DNA of 56,022 nt from a virus (taxonomy: Duplodnaviria; Heunggongvirae; Uroviricota; Caudoviricetes), in the IMG/VR virus record IMGVR_UViG_2534681672_000003, positions 1-56,022 of that record; one strand, given 5' to 3'. This document shows, piece by piece, positions 19,842 through 26,982 of this stretch. Within the stretch, counting starts at the first letter, position 1; the number at the start of each line of letters is the position of its first letter. The position numbers were made by a program, and so were the translations under genes. The notes beneath the pieces are model-generated. The model had not been told where the DNA came from. It was given only the letters and a program-made list of their open reading frames with translations, and searched no databases.

Positions 19842-20085
19842 TGTTCATTCCACGGACAAAACCAGAGAAAGGAAACGACAGAGGCCAAAAAGCCTGTTTT
19901 TAGCACCTGTCGTTTCCTTTCTTTTTAGGGGGTGTTTTTAATAAAAACATTAAGTTACGGCGAAGAAGAACGGAAACGCCTTAAACAGGAAAATTTTCAC
20001 AAATAGCGAAAAACTGCGCGCCTGACGCCCCGTAGCCTGTCAGATCGCCGGAAAGGACCCGCCAGCCAGAGCGGGCCCTAATTTC
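19842..20085 (-). other. satellite cos region (cosB-cosN-cosQ-like); predicted cosN 12-mer at 20019-20030
   Basis: Collinear, without indels, with the resident cos at 35829-36048. The 12-mer CGCCTGACGCCC replaces AGGTCGCCGCCC. Confidence 0.75.
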
Positions 20086-20086
20086 A

Positions 20087-20470
20087 TCAACCAATCAGCT
20101 TATAGCGACCATCCCGTGCATTGCGGCGTACACGCTCAATCTTGAGGCATAGCGCCGCATCTGGCTTTTTTGGGACAGGTACGCGGCAATATTCAGAAGC
20201 GCGAGGAATATTATTTATCCAGTCGATCACTTCACTTAAATACCAGGCCTTACGCCCTTCCGTAACCTGCACACGCTCCGGGAACTCTCCACTAGCCTCA
20301 AGGTTTAGCAGTGTACGACGACTCAGGGTTGTAATTTCCATCACCTGATTCATATCAACAAGGCGCTCGCTTAAACACATTTTGTCAGCGATAGCTTTTA
20401 ATTCCTCTACAGCTGGATTCGGGTACATCATTTCGGCAATTGGCTTAAGGTCATTGTAATCATTCTGCAT
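20087..20470 (-). CDS. AlpA/MerR-superfamily HTH protein with N- and C-terminal extensions
   Basis: 127-aa ORF. The core MEITTLSRRTLLNLEASGEFPERVQVTEGRKAWYLSEVIDWI fits the AlpA-family pattern. A GGGGGA ribosome-binding site is present, and the gene is tightly coupled behind the D-like gene. Confidence 0.6.
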   Translation of the reverse strand: MQNDYNDLKPIAEMMYPNPAVEELKAIADKMCLSERLVDMNQVMEITTLSRRTLLNLEASGEFPERVQVTEGRKAWYLSEVIDWINNIPRASEYCRVPVPKKPDAALCLKIERVRRNARDGRYKLIG

Positions 20471-20481
20471 TGTATCCCCCT

Positions 20482-20823
20482 TTACACACGAGCCAGCGGC
20501 TGAACAGAAATACCTGAGCCAACAAACGCTGCAACCTTTACTGACAGTTCTTTAACAGACTCAGGCCAGTTCAGAGCATCAACATTTAAGACACCTGTCT
20601 TATAGACCTGAGCCTGTGTTTTTTTCGCGGTGTCGATTTGTACAGCGGAAACATAAACCGCTTTACCTACGCTCGAACCATCCCATACCACCAGTGCACC
20701 TGTTGCATCTTCCTGCATCAGTGGCGTAAATGCAGGAATTACCCCTTTATTAGCTGAAAATATCCCCAGCGTAGTCACCAGTGCTTCAGTGCCAGCCATG
20801 AGTTCAGTGTAATGAGTAGCCAT
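20482..20823 (-). CDS. head decoration protein, lambda gpD-like
   Basis: 113-aa ORF. It aligns by eye with gpD at TPLM..LV.WDG..., YK.G..., WPE... and AF.G..IS. Confidence 0.65.
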   Translation of the reverse strand: MATHYTELMAGTEALVTTLGIFSANKGVIPAFTPLMQEDATGALVVWDGSSVGKAVYVSAVQIDTAKKTQAQVYKTGVLNVDALNWPESVKELSVKVAAFVGSGISVQPLARV

Positions 20824-20832
20824 TGCTCCCCC

Positions 20833-21873
20833 TTAGCCAATGCGAACGGTAACAAAACGATTGATGCGGGCCGGTATTGGCTGTGGTGCTGAATGTGTCT
20901 GCACATATTCAATAGCCGGATCACCAGGCACAATATAGTTTTTCGGTGCAAGTTCGGCTTTAGTCAGCCCCATTCGGATTAGCTCCGGATCCTGAATACC
21001 GCCATAGGCGACAATCCCCTGAAGAGCCGTATTGCCAAGCACCATCAAATCAGGATCAAGGAAATGTTTTTCTGTTCCGTCCTCGTCGGTATAACGCCCG
21101 CTGTAAACAACAATCGCAACATCGCCCATATACCCTTTAAAACTCACCGAATCACCAAGGTCTTTAAGGGCCGTTTCCAGTTCGGAATTAGAACCACGAC
21201 GGGTATCCAAAGCCTCTTTTATCGCTCTGAATGAACGGTATTTCTTCCATACATTACCACCCATAATGATGATATTAGTGACGCCCTCACTAAATTCTGC
21301 GTAGCTCTCAATATCATCATTTGGATCAAAAGTTTCTTTATCCTTACCTGACCACTCAGTACCGCCAGACTGAGTGATGATATTTTGTGGTTTTATATTC
21401 CAGTCCAGCTCATAACGTTCAATACCATCGCCCTCAATGATATTTTTCCCCGTTGTGATAGCCTGAACAGCAAGCCATTCAATACGTGCACGAATAGCTT
21501 TAGCCTGATTTACAATCGCCTGTTTAACTTTAATATTACGCGCCCCAAAAGCATTGTATTGCTCAGGTGACACACCAGCAGGGCGCACAGCTAACTTATT
21601 TGGATCAATGCTGCTTTTCGGCTTCATATAACCTGGACGAATTGTTTTTGATTCGTATCCCTCATCTCGTGAAACTTTACTGCCCACCATAGGAGAGCAA
21701 AACGCCGCGATCGGGATATTTGGATCGTCGATCGTATCAAGAATAATGTCTCTCGATTCAAACATTACCGAGCGAGTGAAAAACAAACTGGTAAACAACG
21801 CATTTAATTTTTTTTGTACATCTACAGCATTAACCACCTGTACAAGCTGAGTAGGCGAATATAAATCAACCAT
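20833..21873 (-). CDS. major capsid protein, lambda gpE-like (satellite-encoded)
   Basis: 346 aa from MVDLYSPTQLVQVV. Conserved blocks are QSGGTEWS..DK.T.DP.DDIE.YA and LDTRRGSNSELETA.KDLG..VS.KG..GDVAIVVYSG. AAGAGG lies upstream of the ATG at 21873. Confidence 0.85.
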   Translation of the reverse strand: MVDLYSPTQLVQVVNAVDVQKKLNALFTSLFFTRSVMFESRDIILDTIDDPNIPIAAFCSPMVGSKVSRDEGYESKTIRPGYMKPKSSIDPNKLAVRPAGVSPEQYNAFGARNIKVKQAIVNQAKAIRARIEWLAVQAITTGKNIIEGDGIERYELDWNIKPQNIITQSGGTEWSGKDKETFDPNDDIESYAEFSEGVTNIIIMGGNVWKKYRSFRAIKEALDTRRGSNSELETALKDLGDSVSFKGYMGDVAIVVYSGRYTDEDGTEKHFLDPDLMVLGNTALQGIVAYGGIQDPELIRMGLTKAELAPKNYIVPGDPAIEYVQTHSAPQPIPARINRFVTVRIG

Positions 21874-22069
21874 ACGCATCCTCTTTGCATTCATTAAAAA
21901 TAATTGTGGATATATGCTATCACCGATATTTGTCATGCGAACACATGCAACCGAGTGCAATGTTGTATAAAGTTTTGGGGTGACAACTTCAGTGCGGACA
22001 ATTAGTGTTAATATCTTCACTCCCTTTGGTCGGGATTTATGTAGCATGCAGGAAAATTTATTTTTTCCG

Positions 22070-22790
22070 GCCTTTTTGTGCACAGAAAACCCCCAGCTAG
22101 GCTGGGGGTTCCGGAAAGCTTTCAGCTTTGAGCCAGTTATTAAAACCCCTTTTGATTTGTTAAAACACTTTGCGGTCTGGCAACTGCAAGTGTCAAACAA
22201 GAAATCAAAAGGGGGTCCCAATGGGGAACGAAAAGAGCTTAGCGCACACCCGATGGAACTGTAAATATCACATAGTTTTTGCGCCAAAATACCGAAGACA
22301 GGTGTTCTACAGAGAGAAGCGTAGAGCAATAGGCAGTATTTTGAGAAAGCTGTGTGAGTGGAAAAGCGTACGGATTCTGGAAGCTGAATGCTGTGCAGAT
22401 CATATCCATATGCTTGTGGAGATCCCGCCCAAAATGAGCGTATCCGGGTTTATGGGATATCTGAAAGGGAAAAGCAGTCTGATGCTTTACGAGCAGTTTG
22501 GTGATTTGAAATTCAAATACAGGAACAGGGAGTTCTGGTGCAGAGGGTACTACGTCGATACAGTGGGTAAGAACACGGCGAAGATACAGGATTACATAAA
22601 GCACCAGCTTGAAGAGGATAAAATGGGAGAGCAGTTATCGATTCCCTATCCGGGCAGCCCGTTTACGGGCCGTAAGTAACGAAGTTGGATGCAAATGTCA
22701 GATCGTGTGCGCCTGTTAGGGCGCGGCTGGTAAGAGAGCCTTATAGGCGCATTTGAAAAACCTCCGGCTATGCCGGAGGATATTTATTTT
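22070..22790 (+). mobile_element. IS200 (IS200/IS605 family) copy; ends approximate
   Basis: tnpA is flanked by the characteristic hairpins CCCCCAGCTAGGCTGGGGG (left) and CCTCCGGCTATGCCGGAGG (right). The size is about 0.7 kb. Confidence 0.7.
22221..22679 (+). CDS. tnpA: IS200 Y1 (HuH) transposase TnpA
   Basis: MGNEKSLAHTRWNCKYHIVFAPKYRRQVFY...HIHMLVEIPPKMSVSGFMGYLKGKSS... is the typical 152-aa IS200 TnpA. Confidence 0.92.
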   Translation: MGNEKSLAHTRWNCKYHIVFAPKYRRQVFYREKRRAIGSILRKLCEWKSVRILEAECCADHIHMLVEIPPKMSVSGFMGYLKGKSSLMLYEQFGDLKFKYRNREFWCRGYYVDTVGKNTAKIQDYIKHQLEEDKMGEQLSIPYPGSPFTGRK

Positions 22791-22801
22791 ATTGGCAATA
22801 T

Positions 22802-23251
22802 TTAAAACGGGATATCATCTCCCCATTGCTCATTATCTCCCACTGGTGGCTGGCTTCCTTGCTGATCTGCCTGTTGTTTTGCTCTGTTCAGTGCGTCAGT
22901 AGCCTGCCCCTGTTGGCCTTTATTGCCGCCCGGTCGCACCGATCGCGCACTGATTACGCTGTCTGCGATAACCTGCCAGCCCTGCCGCGTTTCGCCGTTC
23001 TGTCCAGTCCACTGGCTCATCTGCATGTTACCCGCCACGCTCAGGAGTTCGCCTTTGTGATGCTTTGCCAGCGCGTCGGCTTGTCTGCCAAACGCCAGGA
23101 CAGATAACCACATCGTCGCCTGACCGTCATCCGACTGACTGCAGGGCAGTGATACCGCCATACGCGCCAACGTCATGGGGGTGCCCTTGCTGGTCTGTTT
23201 TGTCTGCGGGTCGTCCACCGACCGCCCGTAAACTGATATTTGCGCCGTCAT
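22802..23251 (-). CDS. ssb: single-stranded DNA-binding protein
   Basis: 149-aa ORF with an OB-fold-like N-terminus and a Gly/Gln-rich linker. It ends with the canonical SSB tip ...DDIPF. Confidence 0.8.
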   Translation of the reverse strand: MTAQISVYGRSVDDPQTKQTSKGTPMTLARMAVSLPCSQSDDGQATMWLSVLAFGRQADALAKHHKGELLSVAGNMQMSQWTGQNGETRQGWQVIADSVISARSVRPGGNKGQQGQATDALNRAKQQADQQGSQPPVGDNEQWGDDIPF

Positions 23252-23493
23252 GCGGCCTGCTCTCCGGACTTAATATTGATTGTTGTCACTTCCTCCGCTT
23301 CAGCAATCTCCCGTTCGGTCAGAGTGGCAAAGTTTGCAGCCGCCGTTGTCATGAATGCGCTAATCAGTTCGGGATGTGCTTTCGCGTATCCTTCCCCGGC
23401 GTTGCGGTCGATGATTTTTATCGACACCCTTAACCAGTGTTCCGTCAAATCAAGGGCGTGCGATTGTGATTTTTTTGTGTGCTTCGCTGTCAT
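23248..23493 (-). CDS. hypothetical protein
   Basis: 81-aa ORF whose stop overlaps the ssb start by 4 nt. It lies directly downstream of the origin repeats. Confidence 0.5.
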   Translation of the reverse strand: MTAKHTKKSQSHALDLTEHWLRVSIKIIDRNAGEGYAKAHPELISAFMTTAAANFATLTEREIAEAEEVTTINIKSGEQAA

Positions 23494-23544
23494 AGGCTTT
23501 ATCTCACAGCAGTAAATTAAAATTTTTGCGTTTTAACCCTTCAC

Positions 23545-23767
23545 CTGTTCACCTTTTGATATTTTCTCTTTTAATTCATAATGTTAATGGGTGAACAGTT
23601 TCACAAAAACTATTCACCAACTGTTCACCACTGTTCACCCTTGAAGCTCAATAAACAATCAAAAAGGTGAACAGTGAATAGTTTGGTGAACAGTTCATAA
23701 ATAACTGTTCACCCTATAATATACTGATATAAAAGATATTTATGACAGGGTGAACAGTGGTGAACAG
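23545..23767. repeat. satellite replication origin: iterons GGTGAACAG / CTGTTCACC with AT-rich spacers
   Basis: The perfect 9-mer occurs 5 times forward (23590, 23666, 23685, 23749, 23759) and 4 times inverted (23545, 23621, 23631, 23705), plus degenerate copies. The region sits just after the replication gene. Confidence 0.8.
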
Positions 23768-23780
23768 TTATTCCATAAGT

Positions 23781-25601
23781 TTAATTTTTGCTATCGTCAT
23801 TAGTGACCGATACACATGATGGCATCCAGTCTTCTGATTCCTCCGTCAGGGTCACGTTTGAACGCAAACCGTGCTTCGTTTTCCGTTTCATATACTCCCT
23901 GCCATATTCCGCCATTGCCCCCGGCATATCTTTACCGAAGCGCGTCAGTGTTACAGGTTTACCAAACCCATGTGCCCTCATATAAGCCAGATAGGCATGA
24001 TAGAGATACCTGCGTGGGCTGAATGGCACAATTTCAGCATTACCCACTAACAGGCCATCACACATTACCGATGCCATGAGATAACCGCAGAAGTCCACCA
24101 GCGAATCCCCCTCTCGCTTTATCGCCAGTGCTTCTTCAGATTTCTGCTGCTCATATAACAGGCGTCTGGCTTCGTCCTGATCAGCAAACCTTGTAAGCAG
24201 ATGACGAATCACTACCGCCAGCTCACCTTCTATTTTTTCCGCCAGCATCGAATCGCGTTCGTTCTCCGGTACAACTTCCGAAAAATTGAATATCACCCGA
24301 CGACGTGAGATCCCCCCGCTGCGGTCACTGAATGACATGGCGTTATTGTTAACCGCCAGCACTACTGCCGGAATACGCGTTGAATAGGGGGCTTTGTGTT
24401 TCGGGTCAATTGCCACCTTGTCACCGCCTGTAATGGCCTTAATCCCTGCCCCATCACCAGCGTAGCGGGTCATATCCGGCATGATAATCAGCGAAAAGCC
24501 AACCACTAACGCACGTTCCCTTGCATCTTCCAGCGCCTTCATGCTTGCTGATACTGTATTAGCCTTACCCGCCAGCATGGTGCAAATCTCCGCCATCACA
24601 CTTTTACCACTTCCCCCCGGCCCTGTTACCTCAATGAATAACTGCCAGTCGTACCGGTTCGCCAGCACCATGAATAATGCCGCCAGTACGCGATCTGCCT
24701 TGCGGTCATTCTCAGCCACCGAACGGCGCAACCACTTCCAGAAATTCGGCGCATGTGTTGCCAGCGTTTCCCCCTCTGCTGGTGGGCTGAAAGGTAATTC
24801 ACTGGCAATTAACAACCAGTCGTTTTTGTTATGCTCCCGAAAGTTACCAGTTCTGGTATCAAATACCCCGTTACTGAATCCAATCAGGTTACGGGCTGTA
24901 TTCCCCATTACAGGCAAACTTAACTTCATGGTATCTACCGCCGATTTAATAGCGTTCTGCGAATAGCTGATCTCCGCATCAATGAAAATCTGCGCCATAG
25001 CACGCTGTAACTCTTTATCCTGAACCGGCTCCCATACAACGCCGTTGTAATGATGAACGGTGTCAGAGTCGGCATTGATTGCCAGTTCGCCGCCGTAATG
25101 TGCAAGGAGAACTTCACCGCGCTGGCTGGCCCCCATCTGATTCAACGCCAAAGATGAAGCACGCTCGTCATTTTTGCGCTCAGCCTTCTTCACTGGCAGT
25201 TCAATCACCAGACTTTCCCCATGCTCCGCTTCAGCTTTTAGGCCGACAAGGCGCGGAGTCCAGTCTTCAGGCTCTCGATCAACAAAGCTACGGTAACAAC
25301 GTGCTTCCTTTACGCCTGCAATAGCAAGTAATGTCGCAACCTTCGTCAGACTTTTCTCTGCAATCTTTCCGGCACGATAAACACGCACATAATGACGGCC
25401 TTCATCGATAATTTGCATATCATCCAGGTTTTCCAGTTGTTCCGTACCCAGAATGACTGGTGGTGTATCATCTGCTGCAATATGCTTACCTGCCCATTCA
25501 TTCCATTCTTTTGCATGGCTCCAGGCATCACTGCCAGCAAAAATGATGACTTCCGTCATTTTGTCGCGCGGTTGGTATTTTAAGTTCGGAGCACGTTTCA
25601 T
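23781..25601 (-). CDS. replication protein: D5/P4-alpha-type SF3 helicase (primase-helicase family)
   Basis: 606-aa ORF with the Walker A motif GPGGSGKS. The surrounding pattern is typical of the phage/plasmid primase P4-family C-terminal domain. The ATG overlaps the upstream stop (ATGA). Confidence 0.8.
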   Translation of the reverse strand: MKRAPNLKYQPRDKMTEVIIFAGSDAWSHAKEWNEWAGKHIAADDTPPVILGTEQLENLDDMQIIDEGRHYVRVYRAGKIAEKSLTKVATLLAIAGVKEARCYRSFVDREPEDWTPRLVGLKAEAEHGESLVIELPVKKAERKNDERASSLALNQMGASQRGEVLLAHYGGELAINADSDTVHHYNGVVWEPVQDKELQRAMAQIFIDAEISYSQNAIKSAVDTMKLSLPVMGNTARNLIGFSNGVFDTRTGNFREHNKNDWLLIASELPFSPPAEGETLATHAPNFWKWLRRSVAENDRKADRVLAALFMVLANRYDWQLFIEVTGPGGSGKSVMAEICTMLAGKANTVSASMKALEDARERALVVGFSLIIMPDMTRYAGDGAGIKAITGGDKVAIDPKHKAPYSTRIPAVVLAVNNNAMSFSDRSGGISRRRVIFNFSEVVPENERDSMLAEKIEGELAVVIRHLLTRFADQDEARRLLYEQQKSEEALAIKREGDSLVDFCGYLMASVMCDGLLVGNAEIVPFSPRRYLYHAYLAYMRAHGFGKPVTLTRFGKDMPGAMAEYGREYMKRKTKHGLRSNVTLTEESEDWMPSCVSVTNDDSKN

Positions 25602-25885
25602 TTGTTACCTCCGGCAACTAACATTGCCCGAATTTTACGGATATAGCCTGCGGCACGCCTCTGATTATCTGTCTTGCAATTTTTTACCAGAATGAAATCT
25701 CTTTCGAACTGCTGACGCGGCATAACACATTCAAAATCATAACCATCACGCAAATAAGAGACACGACGATCATCAACCGAAATAATCTTTACCCGATAGC
25801 CATAGCTGTCTTTGAAAATATCCCCAAGGCTGATTTTTGAATGAGTTTGACCGCTGGCAATAAAGCCAGAAAATTTATTTTTCAT
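25598..25885 (-). CDS. DUF4222-like small protein
   Basis: 95 aa. The pattern Y.V.II..D..RV.Y.R.G...ECVM.R..F..DF..V matches the family signature by recall. Confidence 0.5.
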   Translation of the reverse strand: MKNKFSGFIASGQTHSKISLGDIFKDSYGYRVKIISVDDRRVSYLRDGYDFECVMPRQQFERDFILVKNCKTDNQRRAAGYIRKIRAMLVAGGNK

Positions 25886-25888
25886 TTT

Positions 25889-26113
25889 TTATTCTCCGGT
25901 ATAGCTCTGGTCGTGTATTTTTATAGCTTCATCCAGCTCTTTGATGACAGGATCAAGTAACGTAATTAACGCTCCAGCTAAATTAGCATCCCGTTCATCG
26001 TGTTCCGCATTTGTTGTCCCATCAAGCCAGGTTGATAAGATTTCTCGCATATTTTTGCCACAAACGAGCGCGTTTTCAGCATGTGTCAGCACTTTAAAAT
26101 AAAGATCATTCAT
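25889..26113 (-). CDS. hypothetical protein
   Basis: 74-aa ORF in the leftward operon. No family was recognised. Confidence 0.45.
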   Translation of the reverse strand: MNDLYFKVLTHAENALVCGKNMREILSTWLDGTTNAEHDERDANLAGALITLLDPVIKELDEAIKIHDQSYTGE

Positions 26114-26471
26114 GGCACACCTCCTGACGAATACGGGCGGCGAATATCATCACGTAGCCAGTTGGGAATTGCTGGCGGGCTTCCTGTTCGCTGGCGGCCT
26201 CGATGTGTATTACGCGTGGTTGTGCGGTGCTCAGGGCGATAAAACGCCAGATGAAATTGTTTTCGCATTTCTGAATAAACAGCGTGTTTTCTTCACGCCC
26301 TTTCCAGAAAGCCGCAGTATAGCCCATCTCCTTAACCATCTTGCGGGCATCAACCAGCGTGTCAGCGGCAACATGTACCGTAGTTGCTCCATCTGCCATG
26401 CGGTCGTGGTGTAGTGCCAGAAAGGTGTATATAAATTTAGGGTGAGTTTGGGTATGCTGTGTTCCAGCCAT
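26106..26471 (-). CDS. Icd-like (host cell division inhibitor-like) protein
   Basis: Start set at MAGTQHTQTHPKF with a GAGG ribosome-binding site. FIWRFIALSTAQPRVIHIEAASEQEARQQFPTGYVMIFAARI fits the Icd-like pattern, and a weaker first repeat lies upstream. Confidence 0.55.
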   Translation of the reverse strand: MAGTQHTQTHPKFIYTFLALHHDRMADGATTVHVAADTLVDARKMVKEMGYTAAFWKGREENTLFIQKCENNFIWRFIALSTAQPRVIHIEAASEQEARQQFPTGYVMIFAARIRQEVCHE

Positions 26472-26557
26472 AATCGTTACCTCGTTTAACGGTTTGGTTA
26501 GAAGCCCGGTTAGTGTTCGCGCACTGCCGGGTTTCGTCGTTTTTATGAATCGATCAT

Positions 26558-26660
26558 TGTGAGATACATAGCGACCATGATGTGAGATATACATTATAAT
26601 GTGGTGATATACATTGCAAGTGTTTTTATATCTCACTTTTGTGTATAGTGATATACACAT
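26558..26660. promoter_or_regulatory. divergent control region with repeated operator-like motif GTGA(G/T)ATA(TA)CAT
   Basis: Copies lie at about 26558, 26580, 26600 and 26646, with an inverted copy at 26627. The region sits between the leftward icd-like operon and the rightward RHH-like gene. Confidence 0.6.
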
Positions 26661-26679
26661 AACAAATTGGTGATTAACT

Positions 26680-26982
26680 ATGTCTGTATACAAAAATGCA
26701 AAATCGCAAATGACAACGATCAGGGTTCCCCACGATGTTATGGAGGGCATGGAATCCGTAAAACTGGACGGCGAAAGCAACGCCGGATTCATAGTAACCG
26801 CCATGCGCGGTGAGATCGCCCGCCGCCAGGCAGAAGGAAGCGGAGAAAATCCCCTCGTGTCTTCACTGGATGCCTTAGCTAAGGTCGAACAAATCGGCAT
26901 CAAGGCAGCGGAGGAAATCGGGCAACTCGTAGCCGTCGCTCGTGAAGAACTCCAGCGGCGTAAAGCCAAAGAATCTGAATAA
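26680..26982 (+). CDS. putative ribbon-helix-helix (CopG/Arc-like) regulator
   Basis: TTIRVPHDVMEGMESV...NAGFIVTAMRGEIARR fits a strand-helix-helix layout. The true start may be the internal M at MTTIRVP. Confidence 0.45.
   Translation: MSVYKNAKSQMTTIRVPHDVMEGMESVKLDGESNAGFIVTAMRGEIARRQAEGSGENPLVSSLDALAKVEQIGIKAAEEIGQLVAVAREELQRRKAKESE

Noticed and set aside
21874-22329. N-terminal 152 codons of the 498-aa ORF-track frame (20833-22329)
   Set aside because: The extension runs antisense through IS200 and has no capsid homology. gpE homology and a good ribosome-binding site begin at 21873.
23545-23767. Possible CRISPR-like array, suggested by the many short repeats
   Set aside because: The repeats are only 9 bp, occur in both orientations with irregular short spacing, and have no cas genes nearby. 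They fit replication iterons.
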